DNA of 64,000 bases from a plasmid: the sequence record NZ_LR134454.1. The stretch is one strand, 5' to 3'. Every line of letters starts with the position of its first letter. Position 1 is the first letter of the stretch. This document shows, one piece after another, positions 58,652 to 64,000 of the stretch. Both the position numbers and the translations under genes were made by a program. Below the pieces are notes generated by a model. It was given only the letters and a program-made list of their open reading frames with translations. It did not search any database and was not told the origin of the DNA.

Positions 58652-58954
58652 GCGCGAAGTCTGAGTCGAACGGCGCGCTAATGAATGTGCGACCGCAAAC
58701 CTGTGACTGACGTGCTACTCCACTAAAGGCTCTCGACCTGCATGTTTGCTGGCGATTGTGATGCCAGTCACGAAACGATAACGGTTGCATTTCGAAACGG
58801 ATTTGCTACTGCCAGGTAGTGAATCCTGTGATTAATCTTCGCGGTGATCGAGGGTGACCACCGTTCCTTATCAGCGAGTGAACTCCCTCAGTCATCCGAT
58901 CGCCGCCGACCCCCAGGCGCGTGGATCGTCACGTGAAGAACCCAGGAGAGACCT

Positions 58955-61057
58955 ATGCGTGCTGCCACCCTGCCCACGAACACCGCGCCCGTCGGAGGCA
59001 CCCCGTTCAGCTGGAGCCGGACGGGGGTGATCACCCAGGCGCTGGCCGCGACCGTCCTCGCCGGCTCGCTGACGCTCACCGCCATGCCCTCGTCGAGCTT
59101 CCAGCTGCCGTCCCCCGCGCAGGTGCTCGCCGTGCCCGCGGCGGCGGCCCCACTGCGCATGGACGTGCAGATGACGAGCATCATCGACCTGCTGCCTCCA
59201 GGGGCGATCGCGGCGATGCTGGAGGACACCAGCTCGCAGAAGCTCGCCGACGCGATGGCACTGACGAATCCGGCGAAGGTCGCCGACATCATGTCGCGCA
59301 TGGACCCGGCCAAGACCGCCAAGATCCTCGAGGCGATGCCCGCCGACAAGGTCGTCGCGATCATGAACCTGATGGACGAGAAGAAGCTGACGGCCATCGT
59401 CAACGGCCTGCCGCAGAACAAGCTCAACACCATCGTCGCGGGCCTGTCCCAGGACAAGCTCAACGCGGTGGTCAAGGCGATCCCCGAGGCCAAGCTCATC
59501 GAGGTGGTCAAGAGCCTCGACGACGCCACCCTCGGCAAGATCGTCGGCGCGCTGCCGACGGATCGCCTCGTCACCATCGTCTCCGGCCTCGATCAGCAGA
59601 AGCTCAAGGACCTCGTCGGGGGCATTCCCGCCGACGTCCTCGGCCCCGTGGTCGGAAGCCTCCCGGACGACAAGCTGGCGGCACTCGTCGGGCAGATCCC
59701 CGTCGACAAGCTGGGCGCGGTCGTCGCGACCCTCCCGCCCGCGACCATCGCCAAGCTGGTCGAGGGCCTGCCGACGTCCGTGCTGACCGAGGTGATCGGC
59801 ACCGTCGACCCCGCGAAGATCGGTCCCGCCGTCGCCGGTCTGTCGAACGACAAGCTCGCCGCCCTGGTCGGCTACATTCCGACCGACAAGCTGGCCGCCG
59901 TGGTCTCGGGCTTCGACGAGAAGAAGCTGGGCGAGATCGTCGGCCTCATCCCGGTCGAGAAGCTCGGCCCCGTGGTCGCCGGCCTGCCCGCCGACAAGCT
60001 GACCGCACTGGTCAAGCAGATCCCCGTCGAGAAGCTCATCACCGTGGTCTCGGGCCTCGACGACAAGACCCTCAGCGAGCTGGTCAACGGCATCCCGGTC
60101 GAGAAGCTCGGCCCGATCGTCGCGGGCCTGCCGACCGAGAAGCTCATCCAGCTGGTCGGATCCATCGACTCCGAGAAGCTCAAGGCGATCGTCGGCGGCC
60201 TGCCCGACGACAAGCTGCTCGACATCATGGACGGCCAGCTCATCGGCCGCGTGGTCTCGCTGGTCGTCGCGAGCCTCGGCACCCCGGGCGGCATCGCCAA
60301 GCTGCCCGACCTGCTCACCGGCGTCGTCAGCGGCGCCGTCTCGGGCGGCGCGCAGCTCGTGCCGAACCTCGTCGCGAACATCCCGCTGGTCGGCCCGGTC
60401 ATCGCCGGACCGATCCAGCTGGTCACGAACGCCGTGGTGGTGCCCGCGGTGAACCTCGGCCTGAGCCTGCTGCAGCCGGTGTTCTCGCTGATCGCCACCG
60501 TCGTCTCGCTGCCGGTCTCTCTGGCGACGTCGGTCATCGGAGGCGGCGGCCTGACGGACCTGTTCGGTGAGGTGACGAAGGGGCTCGCGGGTCTCGCCGG
60601 AACCGACGCCGCGAAGTCCCTCGACGTCGCCGCGAAGTCGCTCACCGCCGACGCGAAGCCGGAGGCGGCATCGCTGCTCGCGACCGCGGCCGCGCCCGCT
60701 GCGGAGGACGAGGCCGCCGCAGCCGGCGCCGCCGAGAAGGCGAAGGACGCCGAGACCGCCTACGTCGGCAAGCACCGCGCCGACGACAGCGAGGCGGCCG
60801 ATCCGGTGACCGTCGCGCCGACGACGGCCGAGCCGACCGACGCCGCCCCGGCGACGGAATCCGCTCCGGAGACCGTCACGGAGGCCGCTCCCGCGACCGA
60901 GGACGCCCCTGAGGACGCCCCCGAGGAGGAGGCGGCCCCCGCTGAGACGCCGGCCGCCGCGGAGACCGCCGCTCCGGCACCCGCCGAGGAGACGGCGGAC
61001 GCTGCGGACGCTGCCGCCGCCGACGAGGACGCGTCCACCACTGCCGACGCCGCCTGA
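58955..61057 (+). CDS. Secreted or envelope-associated tandem-repeat protein (700 aa): signal-like N-terminus, 28 tandem 12-residue repeats (consensus K-L-x-x-[IVL]-V-x-G-[LI]-P-x-[DE]), a Gly-rich hydrophobic segment and an acidic Ala/Pro/Glu/Thr tail.
   Basis: AGGAGAG RBS before the ATG. Repeats run from aa 96 to 431 (nt ~59240-60247), e.g. KLAALVGQIPVD, KLGAVVATLPPA, KLGPVVAGLPAD, KLTALVKQIPVE. The periodicity resembles MgtE_N/FliG-type helical repeats, but with Lys and hydrophobic residues in place of Glu/Leu. Confidence 0.7.
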   Translation: MRAATLPTNTAPVGGTPFSWSRTGVITQALAATVLAGSLTLTAMPSSSFQLPSPAQVLAVPAAAAPLRMDVQMTSIIDLLPPGAIAAMLEDTSSQKLADAMALTNPAKVADIMSRMDPAKTAKILEAMPADKVVAIMNLMDEKKLTAIVNGLPQNKLNTIVAGLSQDKLNAVVKAIPEAKLIEVVKSLDDATLGKIVGALPTDRLVTIVSGLDQQKLKDLVGGIPADVLGPVVGSLPDDKLAALVGQIPVDKLGAVVATLPPATIAKLVEGLPTSVLTEVIGTVDPAKIGPAVAGLSNDKLAALVGYIPTDKLAAVVSGFDEKKLGEIVGLIPVEKLGPVVAGLPADKLTALVKQIPVEKLITVVSGLDDKTLSELVNGIPVEKLGPIVAGLPTEKLIQLVGSIDSEKLKAIVGGLPDDKLLDIMDGQLIGRVVSLVVASLGTPGGIAKLPDLLTGVVSGAVSGGAQLVPNLVANIPLVGPVIAGPIQLVTNAVVVPAVNLGLSLLQPVFSLIATVVSLPVSLATSVIGGGGLTDLFGEVTKGLAGLAGTDAAKSLDVAAKSLTADAKPEAASLLATAAAPAAEDEAAAAGAAEKAKDAETAYVGKHRADDSEAADPVTVAPTTAEPTDAAPATESAPETVTEAAPATEDAPEDAPEEEAAPAETPAAAETAAPAPAEETADAADAAAADEDASTTADAA
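59240..60247 (+). repeat. Degenerate 36-bp tandem repeat array (~28 copies) encoding the 12-aa repeats.
   Basis: Inferred from the protein-level periodicity. Nucleotide copies are divergent, indicating an old, stable array. Confidence 0.65.
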
Positions 61058-61128
61058 CACCCCACTCTCCGGCCCCCTCCGCGCACCCGCGGCGGGGGCC
61101 GGAGCCGTGTGCGACACCGTCGGGCCGG

Positions 61129-61893
61129 TCAGCGCTTGCGGAAGACCAGGACCAGGTTCGACACGAGCAGCTCCCGCAGGCCCGGGACGCGGACCATCCA
61201 CCACGCCCACGACGGGTGGTAGCGCGGGAACGCCGCGACGAGCTCCGCGCCGTCGACGGTGGCGGCCCAGCCCAGCCCGTCCGCCGCGCCCACCTTGAAC
61301 AGCGACGTGCCGTAGAGGTTCTTCGGCGGGTGCCCGTGTTTACGCGTGTACATCCGGGCGGCGCGCTCGCCGCCGAGGTAGTGGGTCAGTCCCATCTCGT
61401 GCCCGCCGAACGGGCCGTACCAGAGGGTGTAGCTCAGGATCACCATGCCGCCCGGGCGGGTGACGCGCAGCATCTCCTCGCCCATGGCCCGCCAGTCGCG
61501 CACGTGCTCGGCGACGTTGGACGAGAGGCAGACGTCGACGGCACCGTCGGCGATGGGGAGCGCCAGGCCCGAGCCCCGCAGGCCCCGCGACGACGTGATG
61601 CCGGCGGCGTGCGCCTCCGACGCGTCGGGCTCGACGGGCACGTAGACGGCGCCGTGCTCGGCGAAGGCGTCCTCGAAGTAGCCGGGCCCGCCGCCGACGT
61701 CGAGGACGAGGGCGCCGTCGAGGTCCCCGAACAGGTCGCCGGTCAGCTCGACGGTGTCGCGGGCCAGCGAGCCGTAGAAGCGCGCGGGCTCGGACTGCTC
61801 GAACCGGAAGTCGGACAGCAGCCCGACCGAGCGGCGCAGGGTGGCGCGCCGCCGCAGCCGTGCCGTCGCGTTCTTCCAGGTAGAGGGGTACAC
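61129..61893 (-). CDS. Class I SAM-dependent methyltransferase (Rv0224c-like).
   Basis: TLRRSVGLLSDFRFEQSEPARFY...LDVGGGPGYF...DVCLSSNVAEHV...GHEMGLTHYLGG closely parallels M. tuberculosis Rv0224c. Start taken as GTG at 61893; an upstream ATG at 61953 would add an Arg-rich 20 aa. Confidence 0.75.
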   Translation of the reverse strand: MYPSTWKNATARLRRRATLRRSVGLLSDFRFEQSEPARFYGSLARDTVELTGDLFGDLDGALVLDVGGGPGYFEDAFAEHGAVYVPVEPDASEAHAAGITSSRGLRGSGLALPIADGAVDVCLSSNVAEHVRDWRAMGEEMLRVTRPGGMVILSYTLWYGPFGGHEMGLTHYLGGERAARMYTRKHGHPPKNLYGTSLFKVGAADGLGWAATVDGAELVAAFPRYHPSWAWWMVRVPGLRELLVSNLVLVFRKR

Positions 61894-61918
61894 GTGACCG
61901 GACGGTACCCTAGAACGC

Positions 61919-63061
61919 GTGCGTGAAGTCCTCCTGCTGTGTTGGCGTGACACCCGCCACCCTCAGGGCGGCGGCAGCGAGCTGTACCTCGAGCGCGTCG
62001 GCGAGGAGCTGGCCGCCCGCGGGGTGCGCGTCACGCTGCGGACCGCGATGTACCCCGGCGCGGCCCGGTCCGAGACCGTGCGCGGCGTGCACCTCTCCCG
62101 CGGTGGCGGCCGCTTCACCGTCTACCCCCTGGCGCTGATCGCCATCCTCCTCGCACGGTTCGGGCGCGGTCCGCTGCGCGGGATCCGCCCCGACGCGGTG
62201 ATCGACACCCAGAACGGCATCCCGTTCTTCGCGCGGCTCGTCGCGGGCGTGCCCGTGACGGTGCTCGTGCACCACTGCCATCGCGAGCAGTGGCCCGTCG
62301 CGGGACGCCTCGTGGCGCGGATCGGCTGGTTCATCGAGTCGCGGCTCTCGCCGTGGCTGCACCGGCGCTCCCAGTACCTCACCGTCTCGCTGCCCTCGGC
62401 GGAGGAGCTGGCGCTGCTCGGCGTCGGCGCGGAGCGGGTGGCCGTGGTGCGCAACGGGATCGATGCGGTGGCCCCGGGCGTCGCGGACGTGCGGTCCGCG
62501 TCGCCGCGCATCGTCGTGCTCTCGCGGCTCGTGCCGCACAAGCAGATCGAGGACGCCCTCGACGTGCTCGCCCGCCTGGGCCGTCGCGTCCCCGACCTGC
62601 ACCTCGACGTCATCGGCAGCGGCTGGTGGGACTCCGAGCTGTACGCGCACGCCGCGAAGCTCGGCGTCCTCGACCGCGTGACCTTCCACGGCCACGTCAC
62701 CGAGCAGCGCAAGCACCGGCTGCTCTCCCGCGCGTGGGTGCACGTCATGCCGTCGCGCAAGGAGGGCTGGGGCATCACGGTGATCGAGGCGGCCCAGCAC
62801 GCGGTGCCGACCGTCGGGTACGTCTCGTCGCGCGGGCTCACCGACTCCGTGGTCGACGGTGCCACCGGGCTGCTGGTCCGCGACCTCGCAGGCCTCACCG
62901 AATCGGTGTACACGCTGCTGAGTGACGCTCTGCTGCGGGAGGAGCTCGGCGCGAAGGCGCAGGAGCGGGCGGGGGAGTTCTCCTGGCCCGCCACCGCCGA
63001 CGGCGTCTCCCGCGTCCTGGCCGCGTCCGTCGCCGGGGAGCGCGTCGGCGGGCTCGTCTGA
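61919..63061 (+). CDS. Family-4 glycosyltransferase (GT-B fold), divergent from the methyltransferase.
   Basis: N-terminal LLLCWRDTRHPQGGGSELY and the C-terminal EX7E-type region MPSRKEGWGITVIEAAQHAVPTV. Confidence 0.8.
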   Translation: MREVLLLCWRDTRHPQGGGSELYLERVGEELAARGVRVTLRTAMYPGAARSETVRGVHLSRGGGRFTVYPLALIAILLARFGRGPLRGIRPDAVIDTQNGIPFFARLVAGVPVTVLVHHCHREQWPVAGRLVARIGWFIESRLSPWLHRRSQYLTVSLPSAEELALLGVGAERVAVVRNGIDAVAPGVADVRSASPRIVVLSRLVPHKQIEDALDVLARLGRRVPDLHLDVIGSGWWDSELYAHAAKLGVLDRVTFHGHVTEQRKHRLLSRAWVHVMPSRKEGWGITVIEAAQHAVPTVGYVSSRGLTDSVVDGATGLLVRDLAGLTESVYTLLSDALLREELGAKAQERAGEFSWPATADGVSRVLAASVAGERVGGLV

Positions 63062-63306
63062 CCGCTGGGGCCGGCCGGGCTGCTCGGTCTTCGGCGACGC
63101 CGAGCCCGGCGGGACGGCGTGCGGTGGATTCTTGCCGCTGGGCGGGCACTATCCACCGCACGTCGTCGACCGCGGCGGGCGTGCCCCGGCATCGAGCCTC
63201 GCCGCGAGCTTCGGTGGGAATCTGCGGCGGAGCTTCGGCGTGTCGTCGACGAATCGCACCGAAGCTCGACGGCGCCCCGACCGGTATCCGTTACCGTGAA
63301 TACGTG

Positions 63307-63498
63307 ATGAGGCAACGTGAGGTGCCGCGGATAGCGTGGATGATGATGCTGTTCAGCGGACTGCTGGGGGCTGCGACGATGCTCCTCGTGGACTGGGCGC
63401 TGTGGCCGAGCTTTCGGACCGTCCTTGCCGTCTGCATGATCGCGGGCTACGTGATCGTCGCGGCGGTGGGTGCGGTGGGCCTCGTGAGGTCCCGGTGA
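63307..63498 (+). CDS. Small two-helix membrane protein (63 aa), hypothetical.
   Basis: MRQREVPRIAWMMMLFSGLLGAATMLLVDWALWPSFRTVLAVCMIAGYVIVAAVGAVGL. Its stop overlaps the next ATG. Confidence 0.35.
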   Translation: MRQREVPRIAWMMMLFSGLLGAATMLLVDWALWPSFRTVLAVCMIAGYVIVAAVGAVGLVRSR

Positions 63499-64000
63499 TG
63501 AGCCGCTCCCCTGTGGTGCGGACGGTGCCGGTCGCGGTGCTCAAGGCGTTCGCCGGGGTGCTGTTTCTGCTGTGGCTCGCGCTGTTCGCGGCGTTCGTTC
63601 TGCTCGATTGGCCGTTCGACGGCCCGCCGAGTCAGCGGATCGCGCACGGCTTGTTGCTCGCAATCGGCCTGACCCTGGCGACGGTGGCGGGCCAGCTGTG
63701 GCGGACCGCGATCGGGATGGAGCCCGTGACGAGTGTCGGCGACGCCCGCTACATGCTGGGCGGCATCGCGCTCCTCATCCCGGCGATGGCGCTTCTGTGG
63801 ATGGACTACGGCGCGTGGGCGTCGTGGCGCATCGCAGCAGTCGTCGTGCTCTTTGCGGCGATGTTCGTGCTGGTCGTCCTCAACTTCCGCGACCGGCGGC
63901 GGCACAAGGGCGAGATCGCGGCGCCGGTCGCGGCGATGACGGTGCGAACCGCCCGCGGCGACCGGGAGGTGCGCATCGCGCAGCCGGAGGGCTTGCCCGA
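63498..64000 (+). CDS. Partial CDS (continues beyond the window): polytopic membrane protein, hypothetical.
   Basis: MSRSPVVRTVPVAVLKAFAGVLFLLWLALFAAFVLLDWPF... has no stop codon before position 64000. Absent from the ORF track because the ORF is open-ended. Confidence 0.4.
   Translation, partial: MSRSPVVRTVPVAVLKAFAGVLFLLWLALFAAFVLLDWPFDGPPSQRIAHGLLLAIGLTLATVAGQLWRTAIGMEPVTSVGDARYMLGGIALLIPAMALLWMDYGAWASWRIAAVVVLFAAMFVLVVLNFRDRRRHKGEIAAPVAAMTVRTARGDREVRIAQPEGLP

Noticed and set aside
58892-61210. 772-aa minus-strand ORF antisense to the repeat protein.
   Set aside because: The + strand frame has an RBS, a signal-like N-terminus and a coherent 12-aa repeat. The antisense frame is Gly/Arg low-complexity.
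1-64000. Mobile elements, integrases, transposases, tRNA or rRNA genes.
   Set aside because: No ORF shows DDE or tyrosine-recombinase motifs. No tRNA-like cloverleaf segments (for example a GTTCGAATC T-arm) or rRNA signatures were seen, and there are no flanking direct repeats suggesting an island boundary.

Overview
This is a high-GC (~70%) chromosomal segment from a mycolic-acid actinobacterium (Corynebacteriales, Mycobacterium/Rhodococcus/Gordonia-like). No rRNA, tRNA, CRISPR array, transposase or integrase was found. Many of the very long ORFs in the six-frame track are high-GC artefacts (antisense or out-of-frame over real genes) and are not reported as genes. The backbone is syntenic with M. 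tuberculosis Rv0206c-Rv0211: an MmpL3-like transporter, an Rv0207c-like NYN-domain protein, trmB, and further downstream GTP-dependent PEP carboxykinase. An accessory block sits between trmB and pckG. It consists of an LprG-like lipoprotein with its P55-like MFS partner, two degenerate GTPase-like proteins, a small DxDxDG (EF-hand-like) protein, and a 3464-aa dimodular NRPS with domain order C*-T-C-A-T-E-C-A-T-R, all codirectional and tightly spaced. Other content: an HisKA_3/LuxR two-component pair; an aspA -> GAF-ANTAR -> frameshifted glsB/yeaQ-like operon; a secreted RNase Sa-family ribonuclease with a barstar-like inhibitor, preceded by a ~260-bp G-tract repeat array; a TetR with a DesA3-type desaturase and its reductase; an amine-catabolism island (Cu amine oxidase, two APC permeases, IclR) whose divergent promoter carries three direct repeats; a lipid beta-oxidation-like module (FadD, Ltp, two MaoC hotdogs, SDR, tandem TetR); an orphan EccA/CbbX-like AAA ATPase; a MacB-type ABC exporter; and an oxidoreductase-SigJ-like ECF sigma operon followed by a long low-GC leader and a 700-aa secreted protein built from 28 tandem 12-residue repeats. 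The window ends with a methyltransferase/GT4 glycosyltransferase divergent pair resembling Rv0224c/Rv0225.
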